A stretch of 64,000 nt of DNA from Dehalococcoidia bacterium (lineage in GTDB: Bacteria; Chloroflexota; Dehalococcoidia; Lucifugimonadales; UBA3495). The notes beneath the pieces were generated by a model. It was not told the DNA's origin. It was given only the letters and a program-made list of their open reading frames with translations, and did not search any database. The stretch covers positions 3,680-67,679 of the forward strand of contig DAOUHF010000121.1 of the NCBI GenBank assembly GCA_034428795.1, written 5' to 3'. Each line of letters opens with the position of its first letter. Position 1 is the stretch's first letter. The translations under genes were made by a program, and so were the position numbers. Below are positions 46,173 to 55,622 of this stretch, one piece after another.

Positions 46173-48026
46173 ATGGCCACACTAACTGACGTAATTGCCC
46201 GGCCTACCGGTTACTCCGGCATCTGGAGCTGGATAACGACCGTTGACCACAAGCGCATCGGCGTCTTGTACGGCACAACGGCGTTCATCTTCATGCTGTT
46301 CGCCGGAATCGAGGCGGGCGTCATCCGGGTACAACTGTCCCAGCCAGAGCTTGGCATCGTCAGTCCCGGCCGCTATAACGAAATGTTCACCATGCACGCT
46401 ACCGTGATGATTTTCATGGTGGTTATGCCCTTGTCGGCCAGCTTCTTCAACTTTGTCGTGCCTCTGGCAATCGGGGCCAGGGACGTCGCGTTCCCCAGGC
46501 TGAACGCCCTGAGCTACTGGATTTTCCTGTTCGGCGGCATCCTGATGCACGTCAGCTTCGCCGTGGGCGAGGTGCCCGACGCCGGCTGGTTCTCCTACGC
46601 CAACCTGACGGAGAAGCCTTTCAGCCCCGATCGCGGCCTGGACTTCTGGTCCCTGAGCCTGCTGGTGCTGGGGACCTCCTCAGTGGCTGCCGCCCTCAAC
46701 TTCGTCGTCACCATCGTCAACCTGCGTGCCCCGGGCATGACGCTCATGCGTATGCCGGTGTTCATCTGGATGACTCTTATAACTTCCATCCTGCTGGTTT
46801 TGGCCTTCCCGGTAATTACCGTGGGCCTTATCGAACTCACGATGGACCGCAACTTCGGCACCCATTTCTTCGTCCCGTCGGGGGGCGGCGACCCCATATT
46901 GTGGCAGCACCTTTTCTGGGTGTTCGGGCACCCTGAAGTCTACATTCTCATCTTGCCGCCCATGGGTATCGTCTCGGAAATACTGCCGACCTTCACGAGG
47001 AAGCCGTTGTTCGGGTACCCGTTCATCATATTCTCCGGCATCGTTATCGGCATGATGGGCTGGGCGGTGTGGAGTCACCACATGTTCACCGTGGGCCTCG
47101 GACCCGTGGCGAACTCGGTCTTTACCATCACGACCATGCTCATCGCAGTGCCCACCGGCGTGAAGATATTCAACTGGATGGCCACACTGTGGAAAGGGTC
47201 AATAGAATTCTCGCCCGCCATGTTGTTTGCTCTCGGGTTCATCTCCCTGTTCATCATCGGCGGGCTCAGCGGGGTCTCCCACGCGGTGTCGCCGTCGGAC
47301 TTCCAGCAGCAGGACACCTACTACATAGTGGCCCACATCCACTACGTGCTGTTTGGCGGCTCGATGTTCGGCATATTTGCCGGAATCTATTACTGGTACC
47401 CCAAGATCACCGGGAAAATATTGGCCGACTCCTGGGGCAAGATCACCTTCGCGCTAATGTTCGTAGGCATGAACCTGACCTTCTTCCCCATGCACTTCGT
47501 CGGGATGAACGGAATGCCGCGGCGGATCTTCACCTACGCCGAGGAGTTCGGCTGGGGCAACCTGAACCTTCTGGCGACCGCCGGCTACTTCGTTCTCTTC
47601 ATCAGCATTCTCACGTTCATGTACAGCGTCTGGCAAAGCCGGAGCTCGCGGCCGGTGAGCCACGACCCGTGGGACGCCCCGGGGCTGGAATGGAGCATCG
47701 CCTCCCCGCCCCCGCCCTATAACTTCGCGGAGATCCCCAGGGTCGAGGGACGGGACCATTACTGGATCGTGAAAGACCGCGCCCGCGAGGAAGGCAACCC
47801 CATCACGGGCCCGGAAGCTCTCGTTGATCCGGCTTCGATTCACATGCCCAGTCCCTCGTACTGGCCCATTATCACAGCCGCGGGAGTAGCCCTCATCGGC
47901 GGCGGGATAGTGTCCCACTACGGAATCAGTTTCCTCGGCGGTATCATAGCGTTCCTCGGCGTCATCGGGTGGGCCAACGAACCCCCGGCCGCGATTGAGG
48001 AAGGCCACGCCGGGGCACACCGCTAG
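46173..48026 (+). CDS. coxA: Cytochrome c oxidase subunit I
   Basis: VDHKRIG, FGHPEVYIL, WSHHM, AHIHYV. Confidence 0.96.
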   Translation: MATLTDVIARPTGYSGIWSWITTVDHKRIGVLYGTTAFIFMLFAGIEAGVIRVQLSQPELGIVSPGRYNEMFTMHATVMIFMVVMPLSASFFNFVVPLAIGARDVAFPRLNALSYWIFLFGGILMHVSFAVGEVPDAGWFSYANLTEKPFSPDRGLDFWSLSLLVLGTSSVAAALNFVVTIVNLRAPGMTLMRMPVFIWMTLITSILLVLAFPVITVGLIELTMDRNFGTHFFVPSGGGDPILWQHLFWVFGHPEVYILILPPMGIVSEILPTFTRKPLFGYPFIIFSGIVIGMMGWAVWSHHMFTVGLGPVANSVFTITTMLIAVPTGVKIFNWMATLWKGSIEFSPAMLFALGFISLFIIGGLSGVSHAVSPSDFQQQDTYYIVAHIHYVLFGGSMFGIFAGIYYWYPKITGKILADSWGKITFALMFVGMNLTFFPMHFVGMNGMPRRIFTYAEEFGWGNLNLLATAGYFVLFISILTFMYSVWQSRSSRPVSHDPWDAPGLEWSIASPPPPYNFAEIPRVEGRDHYWIVKDRAREEGNPITGPEALVDPASIHMPSPSYWPIITAAGVALIGGGIVSHYGISFLGGIIAFLGVIGWANEPPAAIEEGHAGAHR

Positions 48027-48039
48027 GAGACTGTAGACG

Positions 48040-48672
48040 TTGGCCCACCCACCCGAATCGGCGCCCCTGGACCACCATTACACCACTACCGGCCTGAACC
48101 ACCGGAAGCTGCTGATGTGGGTGTTCCTGGGTTCGGATTGCCTGTTCTTCGCCTCACTGATCGCCACCTACATGGTCTACCGGGGACAGAGCCTGGTGGG
48201 GCCATACCCCAACGACATCATAGACGTCCCCATAACCACCATCAGCACCTTCGTTCTGCTGATGAGCAGCTTCGCCATGGTCCGGGCGCTGGCGGCCACC
48301 AATGCCAACGACCAAAGGGGAATCAAGATCTGGTTGCTGGCCACGGCGTTGCTGGGGGCGGTTTTCATCGGCTTCCAGATCTACGAGTTCAACGCCTTCA
48401 AAAACGAGGGATTGACGCTGGGCACGAACCTGTTCGGCGCTACCTTCTTCACCCTAACCGGGTTCCACGGAGCCCACGTCACATTGGGAATCATCTGGCT
48501 GGTGGGCCTCTTCATCCTGTCGTTCAAGGGCCGCCTCGGGCCCGCAACGGCGCTGGACGTGGAGCTTGCCGGCCTTTACTGGCACTTCGTAGACATCGTC
48601 TGGATCGTGATATTCACTCTTCTCTATCTGATCGGCGGATTCGACGTGGGTCCCGCGCTCCCGGCCGGCTAG
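48040..48672 (+). CDS. coxC: Cytochrome c oxidase subunit III
   Basis: MWVFLGSD, LTGFHGAHV, LYWHFVDIVW. Confidence 0.93.
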   Translation: MAHPPESAPLDHHYTTTGLNHRKLLMWVFLGSDCLFFASLIATYMVYRGQSLVGPYPNDIIDVPITTISTFVLLMSSFAMVRALAATNANDQRGIKIWLLATALLGAVFIGFQIYEFNAFKNEGLTLGTNLFGATFFTLTGFHGAHVTLGIIWLVGLFILSFKGRLGPATALDVELAGLYWHFVDIVWIVIFTLLYLIGGFDVGPALPAG

Positions 48673-48724
48673 CCGGCCGCCTTATTTCCCTGTGCTGTCA
48701 GGAGACCCCTAGGAGAACCTTCAA

Positions 48725-49615
48725 TTGGCCACGACCCACGAAGCTGAACACGATGTTCGCCACCCCACTATCAAGCAGTATGCGGCGATTGCGGCGATCC
48801 TTTTCGCCATCACCATCGTCGAATTCATCCTGATCTGGCCCACCGCCGGGATAGACGACGATCTGGGGCTGTCCAAGATACCCCTGCTGATTTTCCTTTC
48901 GGCCATCAAGTTCGCCATCGTGATCCTGTTCTACATGCACCTCAAGTTCGACCATCCCCTCTTCTTGAGAGTGTTCATCGCCGGGCTGGCCCTGGCTTTC
49001 ATGGTGGGGCTGGCCCTCATGGGCCTGTTCACCGCCATCAAGGGCGAATCCAGGGCGTTCGCCGAAGAACGCGCCGTTCCGTTCGTTCACGAAGGAGAAC
49101 ACGTGGAGGCCCATCCGGCGCCCACCACCGTTCCCCAAGCGCCGCCGACCCCGATACCAACACTGCCGCCGTCGCCCTTTGAAACACTGGTTCCCACGGC
49201 CGAGCCGGCCCCGGCAGGTGAGGAGACTCCGGCGGAATCCGTGGTGCTTGGCCCGGGCGCTCCTCTGGGTTTAGGAGTAAATGGCGACGTGCTGGAATTT
49301 GATGCCTCGTCGATGTCGGGGTCAGCGGGAGAAACGTACACACTCACCCTGACCAACACGTCGACAGTCAACTCCCACAACTGGGTGTTGGTCCAATCGG
49401 GGACCGGTGAAGAGGTGGCCACCGAGGGAGCCAACCACGCCGCCTCCGACTGGGTCCCGCCCGGCGACTCCAGGGTATTCGCCAACACCCCCCTCATTGC
49501 GCCGGGCGCCACTGGTGAAGTCACGTTCGTGGCCCCGGGTGCGGGTGCTTACCAGTTCGTCTGCACGTTCCCGGCCCACCAATTCACCATGACCGGGACC
49601 TTCACCGTCAACTAG
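48725..49615 (+). CDS. Cytochrome c oxidase subunit IV fused via a Pro-rich linker to an auracyanin/azurin-like cupredoxin
   Basis: KFAIVILFYMHLKFD (COX4); SHNWVLV and FVCTFPAHQFTMTG type-1 Cu ligands. Confidence 0.85.
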   Translation: MATTHEAEHDVRHPTIKQYAAIAAILFAITIVEFILIWPTAGIDDDLGLSKIPLLIFLSAIKFAIVILFYMHLKFDHPLFLRVFIAGLALAFMVGLALMGLFTAIKGESRAFAEERAVPFVHEGEHVEAHPAPTTVPQAPPTPIPTLPPSPFETLVPTAEPAPAGEETPAESVVLGPGAPLGLGVNGDVLEFDASSMSGSAGETYTLTLTNTSTVNSHNWVLVQSGTGEEVATEGANHAASDWVPPGDSRVFANTPLIAPGATGEVTFVAPGAGAYQFVCTFPAHQFTMTGTFTVN

Positions 49616-49700
49616 CCGCGCATGGCCCCAGGTCCAGCCTGGAAGCATTCCCCAGCTCCGGCGGCCTGACAAACCCAGCCTCACCTATTATCATTGGCTA

Positions 49701-49753
49701 GTGACCGGAAGGGAATTTTTGAGGCGCGCCAAGCGCTACGCCGCGAGTTCTGA
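49701..49753 (+). pseudogene. hicA remnant with large internal deletion
   Basis: GTG..MTGREFLRRAKRYA (cf. MNNREFIRRARRYA at 26138) joined out of frame to GAG TTC TGA just before the hicB ATG. Confidence 0.75.
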
Positions 49754-49755
49754 CT

Positions 49756-50259
49756 ATGCGTTACGCTTTCCCGTGCGATATCGTTCCTGACGATTTGGAA
49801 GAAAGGGAAGCCTATGTCGTGACATTTCCCGACGTATACGGAGCCACAACCGGCGGTTGGTCGTGGAAAGAGTCCGTGGAATTGGCCGAAGACGTATTAG
49901 GCGTCGCCTTGGCGGCTTACGTCCGATTCGACCAGGATATCCCTGTCCCCAGTTCCCTCGAAGAAGGCCAGGCGCTGATCCCGGTACCGCTCATCGTGGC
50001 GGCCAAGCTGACCCTCTACACTTCCATGCGCGAACAAGGAATAACTAACGTCGAACTCGCCGAACGTTTGGGGCTCAGCGAAGATGCGGTTAAGAAGTTG
50101 GTCAATCCAAGGCGCCACTCCCACGTTACCCAAATCGACAATGCCCTGCGGGCAGTCGGACGCCGCCTGATCGTCGAAGACCAGGCAGGCGTCCCGCCGA
50201 AGCCTCGTCAAGCTTACCAGCGGTCAGAAAGCGTGTTTCCCGTCGGAGCCGAGGCGTAA
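49756..50259 (+). CDS. hicB: HicB family antitoxin (paralog)
   Basis: YVVTFPDVYGATTGG, AAKLTLY.SMREQGIT..EL. Confidence 0.9.
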   Translation: MRYAFPCDIVPDDLEEREAYVVTFPDVYGATTGGWSWKESVELAEDVLGVALAAYVRFDQDIPVPSSLEEGQALIPVPLIVAAKLTLYTSMREQGITNVELAERLGLSEDAVKKLVNPRRHSHVTQIDNALRAVGRRLIVEDQAGVPPKPRQAYQRSESVFPVGAEA

Positions 50260-50553
50260 GCCGCGGACCCGCACCACCGCGTCCAGGTTGAGCTTGCCGT
50301 AGATGTGCGGGTATTCTTCACCGGAGCGGCTGGGCTCGTACTCGACCCGCGCCCCCAGTTTCTCCACGTCCACGTCGACTACCCGCAGGTCCCTGCGGCC
50401 CTGATACAACCGCTCCGCCACCCGCAGCAACTGCGGCTCGTCTATGGAGCAGTGGATGAACCCCTCCTCGGCCAGGCTTGGGGCCTCGTATTCGCCCAGG
50501 GGTTGCGCCGCCTGCCAGGCTTCCTGACTGGTCAGATGATAGATGATCGCCAT
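50224..50553 (-). CDS. DUF952 family protein
   Basis: IYHL..W, SLAEEGFIHCS, YPHIYG.LNLDAV. Confidence 0.9.
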   Translation of the reverse strand: MAIIYHLTSQEAWQAAQPLGEYEAPSLAEEGFIHCSIDEPQLLRVAERLYQGRRDLRVVDVDVEKLGARVEYEPSRSGEEYPHIYGKLNLDAVVRVRGLRLGSDGKHAF

Positions 50554-50584
50554 ATTGCCGTCCCTCGTTCTTGCTGCGGTCTCG

Positions 50585-50640
50585 CCGGAAACGCTTGGCC
50601 GGAAACACTTGACCGGAAACGCTTGACCGGAAGCACTCGA
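50585..50640. repeat. 14-bp tandem repeat (CCGGAAACRCTTGR) x4
   Basis: Read directly between divergent genes. Confidence 0.88.
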
Positions 50641-50701
50641 ATTGTACCCCTAACCACCGGGTGTTAGGATGTTAGCCGTGACTCGATCCCAGGGGGCCGA
50701 C

Positions 50702-51385
50702 ATGCAGGGCGAAATCCACGAAGGGCCGGGGCTTAAATACCTGACGGTCCTGCCCGACGGTTATGACCCGGAGGCAGCCTACCCCGTGGTGATCATGCTC
50801 CACGGGTTCGGAGCCAACATGCACGACCTGGCGGGCCTAGCCTCCGCGATCAATTCCACCGGGTACGTGTACGCGTGCCCCAACGCGCCGATCCCGTTCA
50901 ACCTCGGACAGGGACATGCCGGATTCGGCTGGATGACCCCTCGGGGCGGTTCGACTCCCGAGGAGGTGGCCAACTCCGAGAAGTTACTGGACGACTTCTT
51001 CCAGGAGGTCTTGGAGAAATTCAGCGTGGGACCGGGCAAGGCGTTGCTCTTGGGCTTCTCGCAAGGCGGCGGGATGACCTACCGGTGCGGTCTCGGCCGG
51101 GCTGAAACGTTCGCGGGACTGGCCGCCCTGAGCGCCACCCTGCCCGGAGCCGACGAGTTGGACCCGCGTCTGCCTGCGGACCGGTCCCAGCCCATCTTCG
51201 TCGCGCACGGCAGGTACGACCAAATGATCGCCGAGTCCACCGCATACGCGGCGAAGGACTACCTGGAAACGGCCGGATACAGCCCCGAACTCCACGTCTA
51301 CGACATGGGGCACGAAATCAGCGGCGAGCTGCTGGGGGACCTGGTCCCGTGGATAGCTTCGGTACTACCGCCTTTCGGCGCCTAG
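50702..51385 (+). CDS. Phospholipase/carboxylesterase (alpha/beta hydrolase)
   Basis: MLHGFGAN, LLGFSQGG, AHGRYD, MGHEI. Confidence 0.9.
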   Translation: MQGEIHEGPGLKYLTVLPDGYDPEAAYPVVIMLHGFGANMHDLAGLASAINSTGYVYACPNAPIPFNLGQGHAGFGWMTPRGGSTPEEVANSEKLLDDFFQEVLEKFSVGPGKALLLGFSQGGGMTYRCGLGRAETFAGLAALSATLPGADELDPRLPADRSQPIFVAHGRYDQMIAESTAYAAKDYLETAGYSPELHVYDMGHEISGELLGDLVPWIASVLPPFGA

Positions 51386-51795
51386 TCCTCCACCCACGAC
51401 ATAATGCGGGCCACGGTAATCTCGATGAGAACCAACCGCGACTCGGCCAGCAATTCCTCGGCGTAAGCGGGTCCGCGCTCCGGGCCATCGTACTTTACGC
51501 AAAGGCGATTGACCATAGATTCCACACCGTCGCTGGTCACCGATGCCTGGCCCTCCACGACCACGTACGCGAAGGGGCGCTCCGAGGTGGCCACCGACAA
51601 CGCCACGTCCGGATTGTTCCGGATGTTGCGAATTTTAACCGCCTGGGCGTCGGCTATCACCCATGCCTTGTCCCCGTCCCAGAGGAACCAGACCGGGGCT
51701 GCGTGAGGCGTTCCCGCCGCACGTACCGTCACTAGATGACCAATCCGGGGCTCGCCCAAAAAGGACCCAATCTCTTCTTGCGTAAACGCGGCCAC
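51382..51795 (-). CDS. PPOX-class (F420-dependent-like) oxidoreductase
   Basis: AAGGAG RBS then GTG 51795; GTPHAAPVWF, KIRNIRNNPDVAL. Confidence 0.85.
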   Translation of the reverse strand: MAAFTQEEIGSFLGEPRIGHLVTVRAAGTPHAAPVWFLWDGDKAWVIADAQAVKIRNIRNNPDVALSVATSERPFAYVVVEGQASVTSDGVESMVNRLCVKYDGPERGPAYAEELLAESRLVLIEITVARIMSWVED

Positions 51796-51816
51796 AGCGG
51801 TCGACTCCTTCTTCAA

Positions 51817-52944
51817 ATGCGGCGCCCCAATATAGCACAACACGTAACCACGTTCTTGGCCCTGCTCCCCGCTCTCGTCCTGGCCACCGCCTGCGGGGCG
51901 GCAACACCGACCCACTCGCCCGCCCCGGCGCCGACGCCTACGCCGACCAGCTTGCCCACCCCCACGCTTTCACCACTGGTGTCGCTGCCCCAAGACGAAG
52001 CTCCCCATGACGCGCCCGTCGAATGGTGGTACTTCAACGGGCTGCTCACCGACGCAGCAGGCAACGAATACAGCTACCACTTCGTCGCCTTTAAGGGCCC
52101 GGCCCTCGCCAACGCCGTCCCCCACCTGATGCACGCCAGCCTGGGCGACCACCAACGCGGCGAGCACTTCGCGGCCGAGACGCCGACCCTTTCGCCGGTC
52201 GCCGTCGACGCCGACGGCGTTGACGTCGCGGCCGGCGGCTGGACCATGCGGGGCGACGGCGCCGCCTACCAACTCCGCTTCAGTCTGGGCGGGCGCACCG
52301 TCGAAATCGAGGCTGTCCCCCAACGGGAGCCGGTGCTGCACGGCGGCACGGGCCTGATAAGCCTCGGACCGGTTGGGGACACCTACTACTATTCACGGAC
52401 TCGCCTGGAAACCGCCGGTTACATCGAGGACCAGGATGGGCGTCGGACGGTCGGCGGCACGAGCTGGATGGACCACCAATGGGGCACCGTATCCGGCCGC
52501 ACCGTAGGCTGGGACTGGATGAGCCTGCACCTCGACGACGGTGCAGACCTGATGGCAGTCGTCGTACGGGATCCCGGCACCCGCCGATTATTCGCCAACT
52601 ACGGCACTTACGTCGGTCCCGGTGGCGAGGTAATCCATCTGGACGGCCAAGACGTTTCCATTACGCCAACCGGCTCTTGGACCAGCCCCGCCACCGGCAT
52701 CACCTACCCCATGGGCTGGAAGCTGGAAATCCCGCCGCTGGGCCTGAGCATAGAGGCAGTACCCGTGCTGGAACAAGCGGAGTTCGCCGTCAGCGACTTC
52801 ATCGCCGCCGCTTATTGGGAAGGAGCGGTCAATGCGTCGGGAACGCTGGCCGGTTCGCCCATAACCGGCGCGGGATTCGTGGAACTGGTAGGATACGACC
52901 CGCGGCAACTGGAGACGCCGGAACCGTCACCGACTCGTGAATAG
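51817..52944 (+). CDS. Lipocalin-like/CrtC-AttH family lipoprotein
   Basis: Lipobox LATAC; EWWYFNG, YYYS.TRL, WMDHQWG, GWDW, YWEGAV. Confidence 0.85.
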   Translation: MRRPNIAQHVTTFLALLPALVLATACGAATPTHSPAPAPTPTPTSLPTPTLSPLVSLPQDEAPHDAPVEWWYFNGLLTDAAGNEYSYHFVAFKGPALANAVPHLMHASLGDHQRGEHFAAETPTLSPVAVDADGVDVAAGGWTMRGDGAAYQLRFSLGGRTVEIEAVPQREPVLHGGTGLISLGPVGDTYYYSRTRLETAGYIEDQDGRRTVGGTSWMDHQWGTVSGRTVGWDWMSLHLDDGADLMAVVVRDPGTRRLFANYGTYVGPGGEVIHLDGQDVSITPTGSWTSPATGITYPMGWKLEIPPLGLSIEAVPVLEQAEFAVSDFIAAAYWEGAVNASGTLAGSPITGAGFVELVGYDPRQLETPEPSPTRE

Positions 52945-52972
52945 TTGCCGACTCGGCGAAAGAGAGATAGTC

Positions 52973-54061
52973 ATGCTGATGGATGATATCAAACTGTGGG
53001 CCGTCGACGACTCGAACGGCGCCGTCCCCGTGGCGGCAGCAGACCGGATGGAGTCGGAGCGTCTGCTGGAAAAAACGCTGGTCGACAACCCGGACTTGCT
53101 CATGCCCGGACTGACAATCGTAGGACGCCAGGCGCCCACCGACGGGGGCCCGCTGGACCTTCTCGGCGTGGACGAGGACGGCCGGCTCGTGGTATTCGAA
53201 CTGAAGCGCGGCAGTTTGACCCGTGAAGCCGTTGCCCAAATCATCGACTATGCTTCCGCGCTTGAGTCCAAGGGCGACGGAGCCTTGGCCCAATTTATCA
53301 TCGACAAGTCAGGACAGCATGATGTGCCAAAGATAGACGATTTAGAAGGATGGTATGAATCGAGGTGGGAAGGACAGGGTTTGAGCGCGCTGCTTCCGGT
53401 GCGTATGGTTCTCGTCGGTCTGGGCGTCGATGAACCGACCAACCGCATGGTGCGCTTCCTGGCCAGGAGCGGCGTCGACATATCTCTCCTGACCTTTCAC
53501 GGATATACCTATGACGGCAAGACCCTGCTCGCCCGTCAAGTGCGCGTGGAACCGGAAGAGGCCGCTGAATCCAGCCCCAGAACCTCAAGGGCGCGACCTA
53601 GCCAGCGGGAATTGATTGAGAGAATCGAATACCGTATCCAACAACAGAGAGACCAATGGGAGGAGGGCTATAGCGTGTGGAATGCTGCCCGTCAAATGCT
53701 CCGGGAGAACTTAGCTAACCCTCGCGAAAGATCATCCAGGGCCGATACAGAATGGGCTAGACATCGCATCAATTTCTGCCTTCGGCTGTCAGGAAGAAGG
53801 CACTATGCCGGGGTCCAACTCAACCCATTGAACCAAAGCGTAGAAATAATTTTCTTCCCGGCCGCCGTCCAACTTTGCCTTGAGGAATTCACAGAACTGC
53901 GGAAGAAGATTCCGTACTTCACTTACCCCGAAGACGACCCCGCAAAGGAAGAAGGCGTCATAGAGGTCAAGTTCGTAATGAAATCAATGATCGATTGGGA
54001 GACCCACAAAGAAAAGCTGGCTTCCGCAGCCCGGTCCGTTTACGGGGCGAACAAGGCGTGA
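52973..54061 (+). CDS. NucS/DUF91-like PD-(D/E)XK nuclease domain protein
   Basis: GPLDLLGVDEDGRLVVFELKRG..REAVAQIIDYA. Confidence 0.8.
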   Translation: MLMDDIKLWAVDDSNGAVPVAAADRMESERLLEKTLVDNPDLLMPGLTIVGRQAPTDGGPLDLLGVDEDGRLVVFELKRGSLTREAVAQIIDYASALESKGDGALAQFIIDKSGQHDVPKIDDLEGWYESRWEGQGLSALLPVRMVLVGLGVDEPTNRMVRFLARSGVDISLLTFHGYTYDGKTLLARQVRVEPEEAAESSPRTSRARPSQRELIERIEYRIQQQRDQWEEGYSVWNAARQMLRENLANPRERSSRADTEWARHRINFCLRLSGRRHYAGVQLNPLNQSVEIIFFPAAVQLCLEEFTELRKKIPYFTYPEDDPAKEEGVIEVKFVMKSMIDWETHKEKLASAARSVYGANKA

Positions 54062-54107
54062 TCCGTTTACGAGGCGGCCGAGGCGCAGCTTCGGAGCGAC
54101 GACCAGG

Positions 54108-55214
54108 ATGACTGCTGACAACCTGCGCACTCCCCTGTACGCCACCCATCTCGCCCTGGGCGCCCGTATCGTGCCCTTCGGCGGGTGGGACATGCCGGTG
54201 CAGTACCCCGGCGGTATTCTGGCCGAGGTCAACTCGGTGCGGACCGCTTCGGGCATGTTCGACGTTTCACACATGGGCCGCGTTTACATTTCCGGTCCGG
54301 GCTCCGCCGAATTCCTGGACTGGGTGTTGACCGGCTCGGCGGCGGCGCTGCGCGTGGGGCGCGCCCGCTACTGCCTCATCTGCAACGAGCGGGGCGGCGT
54401 CATCGACGACACTATCTTCTACCGCTTGGCCGACGACCGCTTCCTGCTCATCCCCAACGCCGGCAACCGCGAAACTGTGGTGGCCTGGCTGCAACGCTGG
54501 ATTGACGAGAAGTTCCCAGGCAAATGCACCCTGGACGACCAGACCGCGCAGACCGCCCTGCTTGCCGTCCAAGGCCCGGCCGCGCCGTCCGTCCTGGACC
54601 GGTTGTGCGAGAACCCGGTCTCCGGGGTGCGTCCCTTCGCCTGGACCGCGGCCCGGCTGGCAGGCGCGGACGCGCTCTTGGGGCGCACCGGCTACACCGG
54701 CGAAGACGGCTTCGAGATTCTCTGTGGCAGCGAGGACGCCGTGAACGTCTGGACCGCCCTGCAGCAAACCGGGGTCACCCCCTGCGGCCTCGGCGCGCGG
54801 GACGTGCTTCGCCTGGAAGCGGGCCTGCCCCTGCACGGTCACGAAATCGACGAGAACACGACCCCCATCGAAGCGGGGCTTCATCGCTTTGTCCGGTCCG
54901 ACAAGGAATACGTCGGCTCCGGGGTACTGCTCCGGCAACGCGGCGAGGGCACGGAGCGGACACTGGTGGGGCTGCAATTGCCCGGACGGTCGGCCCCCCG
55001 AGCGGGCTACGCGCTGTCCCGCGAAGGGGTCCCGGCGGGAAGCGTTACCAGCGGCAGCTACTCGCCCACGCTTGACACCAGCATCGGCATGGGCTACGTT
55101 TTTGTGCGGTACGCCGAGCCGGGCACGTTGCTCGACCTGGACATTCGTGGACGCACCGCTTGTGTAGAGGTCGTACCACTTCCGTTCTACAAGCGCCCCG
55201 CTTCAACTCCTTGA
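54108..55214 (+). CDS. gcvT: Glycine cleavage system aminomethyltransferase T
   Basis: LRTPLY, FGGWDMPVQY, FDVSHMG, GYTGEDGFE, GLGARD.LRLEAG. Confidence 0.95.
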   Translation: MTADNLRTPLYATHLALGARIVPFGGWDMPVQYPGGILAEVNSVRTASGMFDVSHMGRVYISGPGSAEFLDWVLTGSAAALRVGRARYCLICNERGGVIDDTIFYRLADDRFLLIPNAGNRETVVAWLQRWIDEKFPGKCTLDDQTAQTALLAVQGPAAPSVLDRLCENPVSGVRPFAWTAARLAGADALLGRTGYTGEDGFEILCGSEDAVNVWTALQQTGVTPCGLGARDVLRLEAGLPLHGHEIDENTTPIEAGLHRFVRSDKEYVGSGVLLRQRGEGTERTLVGLQLPGRSAPRAGYALSREGVPAGSVTSGSYSPTLDTSIGMGYVFVRYAEPGTLLDLDIRGRTACVEVVPLPFYKRPASTP

Positions 55215-55229
55215 AGGAGGCCGGACCCC

Positions 55230-55622
55230 GTGAGTCCCGACGATAGAAACTACACTCGCGAACACGAGTGGATAATGATTGAAGACGCCGCCAGCAAGCG
55301 CGGCCTGGCCGGAATCACCCACTACGCCCAAGAGCAGTTGGGAGACATTGTTTACTTAGAGTTGCCCAAGGTGGGCGACACCGTTTCCCACTTGGGCAAG
55401 ATGGGGGAGGTCGAGTCGGTGAAGGCGGTCTCGGACCTATACTCCCCGGTGACCGGCGAGGTCATCGAGGTCAACCCGGAGCTGGTCCAGCACCCCGAAC
55501 TGGTCAACGAGGACCCCTTTGGCGCGGGATGGCTGATCCGCGTGACTCTGGCAAACGTAGACGAGGTCAACGGCCTGATGTCGGCCGGCGAATACGACGC
55601 TTACACCGCCGGGCTCTCATGA
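55230..55622 (+). CDS. gcvH: Glycine cleavage system H protein
   Basis: YTREHEW, GITHYAQEQLGD, ESVKAVSD (lipoyl Lys). Confidence 0.95.
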   Translation: MSPDDRNYTREHEWIMIEDAASKRGLAGITHYAQEQLGDIVYLELPKVGDTVSHLGKMGEVESVKAVSDLYSPVTGEVIEVNPELVQHPELVNEDPFGAGWLIRVTLANVDEVNGLMSAGEYDAYTAGLS

